Origin: Bispira polyomma | Taxonomy: Eukaryota | DNA: 64,000 bases | Assembly (NCBI GenBank): GCA_965649765.1 | Contig: OZ287750.1 | Span: forward strand, 12,338,001 to 12,402,000 | Direction: 5' to 3' | Shown: one piece after another, positions 11,632 to 25,620 of the stretch | How positions within the stretch are numbered: the first letter of the stretch is position 1 | How the letters are laid out: each line of letters opens with the position of its first letter | The notes under the pieces: generated by a model | What the model saw: the letters and a program-made list of their open reading frames with translations, nothing else | Databases searched by the model: none | What the model was told of the DNA's origin: nothing | Translations under genes and position numbers: made by a program

Positions 11632-12539
11632 TTATGTATGTTCTGAATCACATGACTTTGTTCTCCAGCGAAGTTTTGGGATTTTGAATTTCATCACAGA
11701 AGGAAACATTTGGTAAAAGCTGCCTGTATTTAGTGTTTGTACAGATTTATCCTCTGTGTTACTACCACTATCATTGCCAGTTAGAGACTGTTCCAGGTTA
11801 TCCCCAATACTGTCCTGAAATGAAGCGCTATCTCCACTACTGCTGTCGCTATCAGAAACTTTCACAGCAGGTGTCTCGTTAGCCTGTAAGTCACTACAAG
11901 TTTTATTATTATCACAGCTGATACTTAACTCATTATTAATACTGGTGGTATCACAACTTCTACTCAACTCTTCGGTGATTATATCACTCTCTAGCTCAGG
12001 TTCATAGCAGTCGGTGGGAAGAAAAACACTGATATCGCTTGGTGAGACTGGCTGAAATCCAATTTCTCTCAACTTGGTTAATTCACAGCCACTACTGTCC
12101 AGTCTCCTGAGCCCCACCAGTTTCACATGCTGGTCAGTCCGTCTATCTGGCATGTCCGTCAGAGGCACGGCCTCCGGATGACCCGCCTCCTCCAGTTTGC
12201 GTAGGTGTATGGCCAGTCTTCGTGACAGTCGCTTCCGGTGCATGACTAGGCTGACGAGGATCAGTGAGCCGGCTAATACGATTATACCAACTAGAACACA
12301 GATCACGGCAATCACAACCACATTATTGTGAGCGGGTCGGGTGTGGAGTAAAGGACTATTTACATAACTTCTGGCATCCTCCTCCACACCAGCTGTACCA
12401 TTACTGTCCACAAGCATGTTTCTGCCCTTCAAAATACTAATACTGACATTCTGATGAGTCTTTGTGCCATTGTATGGTGTCACAACATCTGATGTGTTAT
12501 TGTCAGATAAAAGATCACATTCGATGTGGAAGATTCCTT
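11632..12539 (-). CDS. Nested gene, last coding exon: TM helix and Ser/Asp-rich cytoplasmic tail of an uncharacterised type I membrane protein
   Basis: Polypyrimidine + CAG acceptor at 12541-12540, phase 1; VVVIAVICVLVGIIVLAGSLILVSLVM followed by HRKRLSRR; candidate AATAAA at ~11337-11332. Confidence 0.85.
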
Positions 12540-12662
12540 CTGGAAAAAAAGACAGATATAAAAGAAATGAAAAAAAAAACGTAAAAGTAAACAAACAAGA
12601 ACCTTCTTTTCTTAATGTCTTCCCTGGTTTATTGACTAATATATATAAGTATATATCAGTGA

Positions 12663-12665
<3 letters not shown>

Positions 12666-12716
<51 letters not shown>
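12666..12716. repeat. (TA)n microsatellite
   Basis: About 25 TA units. Confidence 0.98.
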
Positions 12717-12718
<2 letters not shown>

Positions 12719-12883
12719 ATGTTCATGCTTGTGGTCCAGAAATTGGTTGAGTTTTAGCAGGGAAGTCTCTACATGGTTTGAGACTGTCTAATGTAACTTT
12801 TTCACTGCTAAATCCCTATGACTACCTTTTTTCTGGGACAATATACAGCTTATTAATCCTGTCAAGTATATACGCATTAAAAG

Positions 12884-13222
12884 CAGTATCATAATTGTAA
12901 ATACAAAACTACAAAGACAAATGAGGTCCTTCAAGGGTGTACATATTGCAAACATGAGAAAAAAACAAATCTTCGATCTTATGATCTAATGTCAATGCTA
13001 ACAAATTTACATTTCTCATTGTTCAACAATAAAAAGTTTTTTCTGTTTTATTCAGTATTATAACTGTAATTACAAAACTACAAAGACAAACGAGGTCCTT
13101 CAAGGGTGTAAAAAGTGTGATAATGACAAAAAAAAACAATCTTTGGTATTTTGAACTAATGTCAATGCTAACAAATTTACATTTTCTCATAGTTTAACAA
13201 TAAAAAGTTTCTTCTGTTTTAT
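12884..13222. repeat. ~169-bp tandem duplication in a nested-gene intron
   Basis: tacaaaactacaaagacaaa.gaggtccttcaagggtgta...ctaatgtcaatgctaacaaatttacattt occurs twice. Confidence 0.9.
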
Positions 13223-13407
13223 TAACCTTCTAGTAATCTAGTATCTGAATCAAATATTGCTCTCCAAAGGTGTTCAGATACTAGGGATTTTATTGCAATA
13301 AAAGTTCTGTTATAGTCGAGGTTGTAACAAGGAATTACATGTAAACCATATGCCAGCACTTAATCTTATTGTGTGTCTTAACTGTATACAAAAGATTCAG
13401 TACTTAC

Positions 13408-13752
13408 TATTTATGACTGTGATTGGTAGTTTGCAAGAATTGGAGTCTTGAGACATCAATAATACTTGTGTTGACTGTAATTTACTTGGAATGAGCATCA
13501 ACTGTAACTCCTCTGTTGGCTTCCAATCACTTTTGGCTATACATGGCAGTACTACTTCAAATGCTATGTTATCTTTGCTCTGATTGTTTAGAGTTTTGTT
13601 CTCAGTTTCACTGATATTGAAGACAGGCCCCATCTGTGGGGATGATAATGTGCAAGTATAGGACGCACTCAGGGTACTGGAAGAGATTTCTATAGAAGAA
13701 GATTCAAATGTTTCACTTAGTCCATTGCATTTCTCTTGTCTTTCTGGTGTGT
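13408..13752 (-). CDS. Nested gene, middle coding exon (Cys-containing ectodomain)
   Basis: ttttcag acceptor, gtaagt donor, 345 nt, phase 1-1, open frame DTPERQEKC...CKLPITVIN. Confidence 0.82.
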
Positions 13753-14421
13753 CTGAAAATAGATTAATATGATTGTCATTTAAAAGAAATAGATTATATA
13801 CATGATATCTGTTGTTGAACAAATGTCAAATTACATCAGCTATCATAAGTATACTTGACATATCATTTTCATTTTAAGACAATATAGAATAATATACCTT
13901 ATAAGGTATTTTTCGCATCAGAAATAAAAACCTACTGTGTGAAGACGCACATACCCTTTTAGTCTTAGATTGGCACAGTTGTTATAAAAACTAGTACATG
14001 GCATGAGATATATCTGATATCCAGTGTATATTTATTGACACCCACTCTTAGCAGAGGTAGAATGGCCATAAATTCTACACTTAATATTCTACCATAATAT
14101 ATAATATATGTACTTAATCATTCATTGTTGACATAAATGCATTTGCAAAAATGAAACACATTAAGAATGTCCATAAAATCTACATTTTATATATGTTATA
14201 AAATAATAATTGACATTCTCTGAATCAGAATCATAAACATAAATTTTCAATTCCTTTTAAAAAATATCCTCAATATTCTTCCAAAACAATAAGCATTCAA
14301 TCACATCAATGCGTCATATAGTGCCAACATATGTTAAAAATTAAGTATATGACTCAATATAATAAATACTTCATTTTATGCCTAGATGTAAAGGTTTAAT
14401 TATAACAGGTGGAATGAAATA

Positions 14422-14607
14422 CAGTTGAACCCCTTTAAGCTGAATCTCAAGGGACCAGTAAGTAAAAATACCTCTACTTTTTTAGGAGAATTTCCACTAA
14501 CAGGGTAGATTATTGAAGAGAAGGCCTTTGTGAGACCTTTTTTTGGGGGGGCTCCATATAAAAGGGAAATTTGGGTAACAGAGTTCTACTTAACAGGGTT
14601 TTGACTG
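14422..14607. mobile_element. Tc1/mariner-pogo-type MITE
   Basis: TA|CAGTTGAACCCCTTTAAG...CTTAACAGGGTTTTGACTG|TA: imperfect TIRs with TA target duplication. Confidence 0.7.
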
Positions 14608-14664
14608 TATGAGTCTATGATATAAAGCCTAAAATTAGTTCTTATATAAAGACCTCAGACTTAC

Positions 14665-14779
14665 CGTTGACTTTAATAATGATGAGGTCATCCTCTGCTG
14701 CTACAATCCGGATCACAGTCCCCGAGAGGGAGAGCAGGAAGATCCACGCAAAGCCTTTGACTCTATGGTACAACTTCAT
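14665..14779 (-). CDS. Nested gene, first coding exon (signal peptide)
   Basis: MKLYHRVKGFAWIFLLSLSGTVIRIVAAEDDLIIIKVN then G|gtaagt (phase 1); upstream acceptor at ~14830 implies a further 5' UTR exon. Confidence 0.8.
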
Positions 14780-15674
14780 TGTCCCATTTTGAACTAGGTT
14801 ATGAAAACTCTACTCTTACACACTGGATCTAATAAAACCGGGGGAAAAAAACAGAAAAAAAACACAGTGTCCAGATTAATCTGCTATTTCATCATCTAAC
14901 TCCAATGATCACTGTTGCATATATAGTATAATATACATGTACGTATGCTTGTAAATTGGTTCAGTAAATATATCTAATAAATCCATCAAATCGGTCCCCA
15001 TATATATTATACACTATAGAACATGTAATACACGTTTCCACAGTAAGAGTCCCAAACAGAAGTAAACACTATATACTGTGTGTACCGACTATGGCTGTCT
15101 GTGGGTACGGCGAAATATAAAGCAAATCTCTATTGCACATGGGGGGATTAGGGTCTGTGTTTGGCCAAGAGAGGAGATCAAATCAATCAAAGAATCAATA
15201 ACTAATCTCCAGAATTCCTCTCCCCCCTCACTCCTCAACCCCAGGTTGTTGTTTTTTTCATTTTTTTCTCTCTTTGAGGTCAAATATCTTAATTCTGCCA
15301 TGTGTATATAATAAATTTACATGGCTATATAATATGTGTATTCTGTATATAAAACTTACATAAAAGGGTCAGTTAACTGATATAATACAGGTTTTGAGAC
15401 CAGCTGGCATTCCTTTAGACACTCCTATTCATTCAAGGGGATTGGGTTTTTGTTAACCATACTATGACAACCTCGTTAAAAATACAGTGAGGTTTTTTGG
15501 ATACCTTAAACTCTATATCCCTGTGTTCAACAGTCAATGTCTGAGGTTATAAAAGCCTGTTATGAAAATATAGCCTGACTGGATTATTCCATATTCAACA
15601 ACAGTGTATCTCTACACAAACAGTTGCTATAATTCCAGTCAAAGCCAAATAAAAAGAAATGTAACAAATATATT

Positions 15675-15770
15675 ATGTCATGGTAGAATTCCAATCTGGT
15701 AGAACTTCTAATTGGACATTTTACTGGTAAAATTTCCAATTTTACCAGATTGGACTTTCTACCATGACAT
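15675..15770. repeat. 96-bp palindromic element (small MITE-like)
   Basis: atgtcatggtagaattccaatctggtagaa ... ttttaccagattggactttctaccatgacat, ~30-bp inverted arms. Confidence 0.75.
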
Positions 15771-18167
15771 GTACTTGTATATTATATACTAGTTACAGTT
15801 ATTCCACAGGAATTCCCCACCCGAGTATGTGACATTTATTTTACACATCTAGACAGCTATGGGTGGTTTTAAATGTATCCTAAACTGTCATTCTATATGG
15901 AAAGGTTATATATACTGTAACATTCCTTTTGTCAGCTACTACTACATGTATATGCAGCTTTATAAACACTTACAATGTCACATAAACATACAGCCTATAA
16001 TTATAGTACAATGTATGTGGTATATCATTTGTTATTTATTTATTCATTCATACACAAAGGTATACAAATAAAATGTATACAGTAAATTCTCAAAAAAAAA
16101 AACGTGAAAAAAAAAGAAGAAAACTCTGAATAGGCCAGCATTTAAACATGCTATGTGGGGCTTAGACTATAGCATATCTGTGTATATATATAGTCTTTCA
16201 CATATATATGCCTAAAAGTGACAACTAAGCTGTTTTGAAGACGACCATCTGCCACTTTGATCAATCCCTACTCAGACATCTGAGACCCCCCCCCCCCCCC
16301 CCCCCCGCACAACCTAATCAATGGATGATTATTACTTAGTTATTCAATGATTAACCCCGATTGGGTTGACCAATGTCTAATTGAGTCATTCAGCGGGGCA
16401 ATCTGTCAAATAATAATATGCCTAGCTGTACACGTGCCTGGTTTGTTGTGGTGTTAGGTCTCAAAACGGCCCCCTACACTAACAGTGTTTGTTAATCACC
16501 GTCTATTGTTACTGTTTTGTACAAATGTCACGTCAGTGTAACGCAAATCTTTTAACAACCAATGGTAATTGTAATATTTCTATATGCCCATCTTACTTGT
16601 CAGTTTATGCCATTTATATTATTAAAATTGCTGCTGCAACTATGGAAGTAACAAAAAAATTAAATTAAACTTTGTCTATATATGTATATGTACTAACCTC
16701 CACAAAATCAGATGTTATCCCTAATGAGATAGTCTGCAAAGAGACAAATCAGCAGTCATTCAGAAACAACATTATTCATTGTTTGCCCATATCTGAAGTT
16801 TTTGAGATTGTTTTTTGTTACATACTTAATAAGATTACAGGGCTAAGGTTTATTTTTTTTCATAAAAAAGAAAACCCCAGACATTACTAACGCTATTTAC
16901 AGTTGATGACTAGGTTTTGTCATTCAGTACATATATCCATAACAAACCACCACAACACTATGTAAAGCTCTTTACCGTTGCTGGCTGAGTTCCAAACTAG
17001 TATACACAATGTGACAACGTTATATTCACACATATGTTAAGAAAATAAGGCTTTCTGGAGGTTTCTATAGTCCTTCTGGTTTACACATACACGTTCATAC
17101 AGCATGGATGCTTCTCACAGCCTCCTCATATTATGCTCGGTTATATTAACAGGGTCATTTTATCTGTTATTTAAATTAGTTATCAATCATGTACACGAAG
17201 GCGGGGGACTTTTGTGTACTAATGTATGCAGTTCTCTTTATGCTATCTTCTGTCGATAGCGGAATGGTATTTCACCTGCAAAGAAGTTTAAAGGAGGTGG
17301 GGGGGAGGACATCTTAAGCTTCCATATAAGGTAATTAAAATGGCTATTTTCACGCACCACGCACATGCTCACGTGAAGACGCCCACTCAGGTAGAAGTAC
17401 ACATGTTTGTGTCTTTAAAGTGTTGCCACACTAGCCTTAAGAAGTCTTAATAACAGGGTGAAAATTCTTATTTGATTGGGAGCATATTCAATTTTTAATA
17501 ATGGGAATTATTTATCACAGAATATCTTTCCTTAACAATCTATACAATAAATACCTTTAGGTTATTGTTTATAAATCTAGGGTACACAGGTCATAGTTTT
17601 ATTCTGGTTTACATAAAAAGTTTGGTATTTCATGGTCTTGCCCTGTTGAACAGCTAGTTTACCTCACTCAATCAGGGCAGCTCCTCTATCTATCTTTTTC
17701 CTTCAGGTGCAATTGTTACCATAAAATGTATAATGTTTAATGGTGCATGCCATTCATAGTCATCTCCTGGGTCATCTCCCGGTGTCTGATCATCTTTGGC
17801 GCTCTTTTGTAGCCACCAGTGACAGAGCAGGTTTCATTCACAAATTTGACACAGTATTTTTAAATGGTTATGTACAATAATGAAAATGAGAATTTTTTCT
17901 AATGTTGATATTTGTTTGAATAATACTTACATGTGGGTTGTAAGATATGACATTGTGTACATCTATTCTTTTAATCTATGGTAACCGCTGTGTCATTGAT
18001 AGCAACAAAGCTGCGACAAATTACTTAGACTACCTTTGATGTTGACTTTTGATATTGATTGTCATTTTAACCTCAGAAGCTGATGTAATCAAAATTATGC
18101 ATTAAAATGTTGGATAATAATAAATATAATAACAGAAGTAGAGAAATCTCTAAAATATAAAATCCCT

Positions 18168-18361
18168 AGTTATTTAGTTTTCTTTCACCACAATATTATA
18201 TCACCATGAACAGTGAAACTAGTACAGAGTGTTTAGTCAAGACCATCAGCTTTTAGCGATTCTCCTGCCAAGTTTTCCACGTGCATACCAGGGCCGAGAT
18301 TCAAACCCACGACTGCTGAGAAGGAAGGCTGGATTGTTAGCCCCATACACCACCAACACCC
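18168..18361 (-). mobile_element. tRNA-derived SINE relic
   Basis: Reverse complement has an A-box-like TGGTGTATGGG and a B-box-like GGTTTGAATC at tRNA spacing, then a body and an A-rich tail. Confidence 0.55.
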
Positions 18362-20819
18362 TCAGAAGAGCTATATCGACCAGTCCGTTTTGTTGATCAG
18401 TCATCTATTTAGGAAATTTTATAGTCTCTAGGGTTATTACATAGGAAACTTTAAAAACTGGGGTAGTATTCACATAAGGGCTAATTATAGACATTACTCT
18501 AAATCTAACACAAATTAATACTAGATGTAAGTCTTGGCTTAGCCTTTTTTATGAATCCCAACTCCATAAGCCTTTTGAGAGGCTATGTGTGTACATTAAC
18601 AATGGAAGACACACTGTTTTATATACAGATAATTCTACCATATCACCTCGAAAACAGGGACCCTTGTAACATGAGCATATATAGATCCATTTTAGAAAGT
18701 GAACGTTTTGATTCAAAATAAGATTATATAGTGACATTTTAATTAAACCAGATTTTAATATTTCCTAAGCAGATCAAGGTTAAAAGGTAAGAGATAGGCA
18801 TGACATCATTTTCATTATGTGTTGGTTGGAACATCTCAAACCTAGAATCACAATCTTTCCTCAAATAAAGGTTCATGTGTGTTCAGGCTTAAAATTATCT
18901 TTTCTTTAACTGCAAGATAATGTTCATTGTCCATTTATCATCATACTGATAAGTTATCTTAACATTGTGTCAAACCACATGCAAATTGCAAAGTCAACTC
19001 TAAATCAGCCCAAATGGAGCTGGAATTATACAGTATATGGTGACATGACGTCACATACTTGACACTCATTGTTCTGTGACCAAAATTATAGAAAAGGACT
19101 ACCTGCAGTGGACCTACTTGAGGACCATTCACAAATAACTCGATGGTTTTTATTGCAGTGACTATATGTGGAAGATAGGTATAGAGGAAATTATCATACT
19201 ATGCTAAATATAATCACATAGATGGATAGGTAATTTTTTTTATTATACTGTCAACATGCTATACACATATTTTACAAATCAGAATGCTTAAACAACACAG
19301 CACTCGGGCAAAAAGGCTTATGAGTCAGCTTCAATAAAGATATGAGACACTATACATAGAACTATGACTTTATAATATTACATTTTCAAAATTTTCTTGA
19401 AACTGACAGCTCACAATAACTATACAGCTGTATATAAATCAACAACATTCTTCTCTAGTAGTGGGAGTTTTCAGTAGGACATATTAAGATAATTCAACCT
19501 CTTTTTTATCAGAGTATGTTTTCTCTTGTATTATCTGGGATGTTTATTCTTGACATAAACTATTTTATTGCACTGATTAGTTTACACGAGATAAGTCACT
19601 GTTACATATGGTATAAGGAAACTAGAGAAGTATACAGTTACAACACAAGCGTGTATGGTTATGGTGAAATATATCATATATATGTCATAAAATGATGACA
19701 TACTACTACATCTCTGACGTACCAATTTATTATTGTGTAAACCTAAATGTGACTTGGACACAGATTAGAATATAGTAGTATATATATACACTGAAATCAA
19801 TACAAATATATATATATAATAGTCAAATTACACAAGTAGCATTACAAAACTACTCTTTGACAAAAAAACTACTAATTAACAAAAAACTACATTTGACATT
19901 TGATTTGCATTAAAAAGCCTTATTCTTCTCCTATAAATTTCCCTCATATTACCCAACAAAATAGCCCGTAAAATCTCTGCAATAAAAAACATAGGCTAAG
20001 TAGTCTGATATAAAAGGTTTACTCAGGTACATATGAGTGTCTGACTATGTAAGGAATTCATGGGTCAAACTCATTGTTTGCTTTACAAAAACATATTGGC
20101 AGGTCTCCCCTTGTATAAGCTTACTTCTTTTGTAAAAGTTTAGGAACTGGAACACATATAATTAGGTGGCCTTGCGTAAGACTCTAATGTGGATAAGACC
20201 AGTTGCAATATATGGAATATAATGTATGTTTGTTTAGCTCAGTAGAGCAACGTCATATTTTTACTAACTGCGTCACCTAAAAGTGAAGCAACTCGCTAGC
20301 TATAGTAATTAAGCAACTATAGTTATTAATATAGACACCTATTTTTGGCGGAGACACCTAATTTTCATGATTTGCATTTCTGCTCAGATATTACACACAA
20401 TTATGTGTTTTAAAGTTCATACTTCAAAGACAAATTGTCTGATGTACCTTATTTTTAAAGACCGTTATTTATTTTAAAAAAATCACTGGACTAAAAATGA
20501 AATGCAAATATATTAAAAAGCCGAATATTTAGTTCATTTAATTTTTTATTATTTATTCATTTAACTGTTGTCAGATTGACAATTTGAATTAATGATTAAA
20601 AGAAAAATCTAAAATTTAAAAAATATAGAAATTGTTTCATCCATCTCAAATTTTCAACCTGGTTCCCCCTTGTGTGTCACAAATTAACTCAGCTAAACAT
20701 AATTTTATGTGATATGCACAATTTCCAAATTTTGGCAAGTTAATATTAACTGGTGACATGCCCCTGTAAGGACATTTAGATATATATTTTTTTGTTCTAT
20801 TATGTTGGGCCCACCCATG

Positions 20820-20962
20820 ATCTCGTGCTGACACGATTATCTTGTGCACACGATTTATTATCCCGTGAGCAGAACTTATTATCTTGTGAGCACAACATAT
20901 TATTTTGTAAGCACAAGATAATCTCGTTGTCACAACATAATATGTTCTGCACATGAGATAAT
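20820..20962. repeat. Degenerate ~21-bp minisatellite (ttatcttgtgagcacaa-type), probably the interior of a non-autonomous element
   Basis: About 6 degenerate units. Confidence 0.6.
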
Positions 20963-23186
20963 AGTACAAAAAAGTCTAGATGTTCTAACAGGGGCGCCGT
21001 AGATATGAGGATATGCATTAATGGGCTTTATTTCCACACTATTTGAGAAATCACAGGCCTTTGGCAGAAACACACATATATGTAATGTATACAGTATACT
21101 CACTGCCTACGTATTGTGAGAAATATCTAAGACATGTCAGAAAAAAAAATCAAGGTATTTTACTGATATCCCACATACATAACCTGTGTTGGCCCAGTTC
21201 ACGGTGTGGGTATTTAAGTCATTTTTAAGTCCCCTGATATAAAAGTCATTCACAACATACCTGACAATCATAAAACTGTAACAATTGCCCACCCACAACA
21301 ACATATTTCACCATCTACCAGTTAAGTAAATATTATAAGGTGATTCTTTAGTATTTGTCATTCCTATACAGAACTATTTATTTGATTTTGTATGTAATAT
21401 ACCCACACTTATTTAATATCTTGCCGATTTATACTTTCAATATTTACATTGTATAATTTGGTTGAAATATTTTTAAAATTACAAGTGAATACATGTTTTA
21501 ATACTTGAATTCAGTAATATTATAGAAAAAAATGTATAATTATAACAATAAAATGTACCTTACACTTCTTTTCTAATGATGCAGCAATATGATTTACGTT
21601 AGGAGAAGCAAAACAGACAAATAACAAAGGAAAATATTTCAGACTATTTTAAAAGAAAATCACCTGTTCTGTATATATCCTGCCATATACAAAGAATCTG
21701 GCTTCACTATACATTCATACATATTTATGAATGCAGCTTTAATGTACATTAGAATAACAATGTAACTCCTCTTAACATGTTAATTATAATCTGGAGGTTC
21801 ACAAGCTGTGCCTCACCCAACTGCGAACAAGAGCATCAAGTCACATATTCAAATATGTGTATTTTTAGATCAGTGAATACTGTACTAAAGACACATAGAA
21901 TTTGGCCAACAGATAGAAGATTATAAGTTACAAGATATCTTTGTGTGTGAGGGTGTAATTCTGTTGGGTGGTATTGTGGTTTTGTATTAAAAAAGGGGAT
22001 TTGCTTATGTCATGCACTTATGTGACATCCCAATACAGGTGACTCAGGCACACATGAGAGTCTTGTGTAGCTTGTGGTAATGACTAAGTAATTACATCAG
22101 AGACAGAGGCACTGTATCCAACAGTTAATAGCAAATAATACTTTGATGAAACCTCTGAATATCTTTTAAGTCACCTCAATGTTGACAAAGGGAGAAAAGT
22201 GAACCAAAGTTTAGCAAACCCAAGTTTAGTGAACCAAAGTTTACAAACCACAGTGTATATTCTTTATGACGCATATCACCATGTTCTTTTATAGTTATTA
22301 AGTAGGTATAGACAGAAAGACCGACACCATTCAACATTTTAGTTGTTTTTGTGGTTCAATAAAAGTGGACATCATGAATAGTTTGAAGCACATTGTCAAG
22401 TAGAGTTTCCCCACAACAATCAATAATGCAACATTTATGTATACTTATCAACGAGTTCAATAACTTTCAACGTAAATGATTTCTAGAGTTTAAGTTTGTT
22501 TTATCAATTATGTTTAATCAGTTCATTTATATCCTATAATAGTTAAACAATGACTCAGCAAAAATAAACCTACAGTACATGGGTACATAACAACTTTGAG
22601 GTGTATATTATGTTAACCACATGTCAATTTGTCAACAAAGGTAAAGTGAAATAATATATCGGTTTCATACTTGAAGCTACAGAAGCATATTTAGGACATT
22701 GTGGAAAAAGTCTTACATTGTATAAAAATTTAGAAGAACAATTTACAAACAAAAAATTATTTGTCCTAATGTAAAGTAATTTTACACTATAGCCCATCTT
22801 AAGATTGGCCATATCCTAGGTCGGGCTCCAACATTATAAGCAAAATATTATTTAGCCAAGCCAAATTATATTTTGTCAGAGCAAATTAGAGTTTTTTGTT
22901 TAAAACCATGTAACATTTGTTTCTACTATCCTAAATACTCTTCAGTCGTAAGCCACTTTCCTATGTCATAAACTTCAAAGATTATAATTATTATACGATT
23001 ACATATATCTGTAACATTCCATATTAACTTGACCCTGGCTGTACATTTATTTGGTGTGTCTATCATAACTTGTAACATCAACTTCTCCTCCCAAATTGAA
23101 ATGTCTACAGAAAATTTGTAACTGAAAACAGCTACCTTAAGCTTGTGGAGCCAAAACCTTTCAAGTTATATGCGACCATTTACTCT

Positions 23187-23360
23187 CTGACTTGCTTGCT
23201 TACTCCTCTTTGCCCCAAGTGGGTTATAAGGCAAAGACTACATGCCTGGCTCTGATGCAGCATGTTGCACCTCTTTCCAGTTGAACTTAGATCACTTAAA
23301 ACACTTTCTGCCTTTTTGTAAAAAAAAAGCTTAAAACCCATCTTTTTAAAATTGCTTTAA
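23187..23360. mobile_element. LINE 3'-end relics (RTE-like tail on -, followed by an L2/CR1-like ORF end on +)
   Basis: Reverse complement gccttataacccacttggggcaaagaggagtaagcaagcaagt; on +, a KKKLKTHLFKIAF-like remnant. Confidence 0.4.
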
Positions 23361-24346
23361 AATCATGTATACCAATACTCTTCCTTACGACTGTGTCTTT
23401 TGGACTTTTCAATAGGTTAACTGATTCTGTTGTTGCGCTTTAAAGGTGCCTCGCATCTTTGTTTTAGAGATCTGTGTCGAATATTGTCTTGTTCCAGAAT
23501 ATTTTGCAAAGATTTTTATAAAGAATCCATTGTGAATTTCTAGGATCCACTCTTTCTAAGGCACTCCCATGTACAGGCAGATATACACAGTTGCTTGGAC
23601 GATCACTTAAAATGACGGGCTCTATTATTAGGTGATATTACCAGTGGCAGCCTTGGGGATGTTGATAAATAATCATCCTCAAGCGTCTGTCTACCATCAG
23701 TGACATGGTAATTACTAGTCTGCATGGTTGCACTTGTGCAGCAGATATTGCACGGAGTATGAATACAAATACCTTTTTAGCGCTAGGTTTAACCTATGAT
23801 CTCAGGTACAACAACACACATGAAAGACACTACTGACATTATTAAGATGCAGGTAAAGCATTTTTATTGTTTACTATTGGTCTGAAATCCTGACTAACAT
23901 TATAAAGATATCAGTTTAACATTACCTCCTTCATACCGGTTGCAAAGTAGGCAGATGTAGACATAAAAGGTTGGTTACAATGGTGGCATAGATATTCTGG
24001 ATGTTTTCATGATTAAACTTGACATTTTAATCTTCATTCTCAAGGCCAACTAGGTGATACCCAAAATAACATAATAAATATGTGTCCTTTGGATGGATAA
24101 AGAATTCAGAATGAAACAGGATGTATGAAATTTGGACTTTGTAAACTTAAAAAGTATATATAATGGATATGTAGCAACACAGTTTCCCCATCAAGAGTCG
24201 TTTTCTCTTAAACCTTCTTTTCTGACCCTGAGGAAAAATTATCAAAGGAAAATGCTCTTAAATTCATGGCAAATAAGTAAAAGTTTAGATGTTGTTATGT
24301 TACCACAGTTAAATCTTAGACATGTTTCTTTTTTCTGTTTGTACAG

Positions 24347-25620
24347 ATCTCTCAATTGAATGCTTTGAAAAGAGCCGAAGGCACCAACCTCTACACCCTC
24401 TGCAGTGTCTGACCAACTTCCAAATTATATACGATGGCAGTAGCTCAAAACAGAAAGCACAGACAATAGCTAAGTCATATGGCACCACCCCAGGCCAAAT
24501 TAATTCGACAATCTCCCCAAGGTCACGATGCTATTCTCCGAGACAGAAAAGAAGCAGCCTTCAGCTGTCGAATCCTTTGACACAAAGCTCACCCGGTATC
24601 TTATCTAGCCGCGGCACTAGTGCTCAACCCCCCACAATAAAAGAGGAGAATATCCAGTGTACTGTGAAGGCCTATACCAGGTCCACAACATCAACAGTCT
24701 CGAACACAGTTGTATCACAAGCCACTCCAAGGGCAACCAGTGCAACAGCAGTAAGCTCAAAGCCAGGCAGTGGTAAGGTGCTGTCATTGTCTCCGGCTAC
24801 AGTGGGTCTTCGGGGTGCCTTACCTGCATCTCCTGGACCAGTGGTTTCTGCTAACTCGGAGGTGTTTAAGTTTAAGATGACTCATGCCGCATTAATGAGT
24901 TCAATGAAAATGGAACGCAGTAAGTCTGCTGACAAAAGAATGTTACAGGACATTATCAAAGCAGAACATGCCAAAGCTGAAAATACGTCTTCAAGAGTAA
25001 ATTCAGCACGGTCTCAAAATGGTCAGAGCGAGAGGCTTGTCTTATCAGCTCGGGAATCAATATCATCTAGTGCATCAGCCAGGAAACATGGGAGTAGTAA
25101 ATTAAAAGATAATCCCACTTATACTTCACAGCAACCTGATGCCCTCAAAGAAGCACCTAAAAATTCAGAGATTAGCCAACATTTAGACCATGTCCACAGA
25201 AAGCAGTATACATCTGTCACCAGCCAGAAGATACTGCAGCCTCTGAAAGAAGAACATGGGCGTGACAAAAAATTAGAAAAGGATGGCTTGGAACATAGTA
25301 AACAATCTGAAAGAAAATCTGCCTCCCCAATAAGAAAGGTACCGGAAGTCCAGAACAGAGAACGGTCTGGTGGTAAGAAAAGCAATCCACCTGTACATAT
25401 TGAGAACTTTAAGTACAGACTCACCCCGTCACCAACTGCTGTACATATCCCAGCACAACAGTCAACTGATGGCACCAACCTACAGAAGTTTATGAACTCT
25501 TCCCCCTCCATCCCTACCCTCAAGAAAGACCGATCTGCCACTGGGGTCACAAATGTGTGTAACACTGATGGTGGGATTATTGTAGGCGTTAGTATAAAGA
25601 AAAATGAGAGGGGAAGTTAA
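24347..25620 (+). CDS. TTLL10: TTLL10-like last coding exon with a long low-complexity C-terminal tail
   Basis: Polypyrimidine + cag acceptor, phase 1 matches the 8800 donor; YLSIECFEKSRRHQPLHPLQCLTNFQIIY recalls TTLL10 DLVLETFRKS...LPL...F; TAA at 25618-25620. Confidence 0.85.

Noticed and set aside
12540-12757. N terminus of the 364-aa ORF (IYIYIY) and the 97-aa + strand ORF
   Set aside because: Translation through an intronic (TA)n tract and polypyrimidine tract; the real exon starts at 12539
16500-17420. Possible promoter or 5' UTR exon of the nested gene (CRE-like gtcacgtca, CCAAT, a - strand GTAAGA donor near 16597)
   Set aside because: Short motifs expected by chance; cannot be supported without transcript data
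20646-21018. 107-aa and 72-aa ORFs
   Set aside because: Derived from a degenerate minisatellite
25119-25565. 148-aa antisense ORF
   Set aside because: Shadow frame of the TTLL10-like last exon with no independent support
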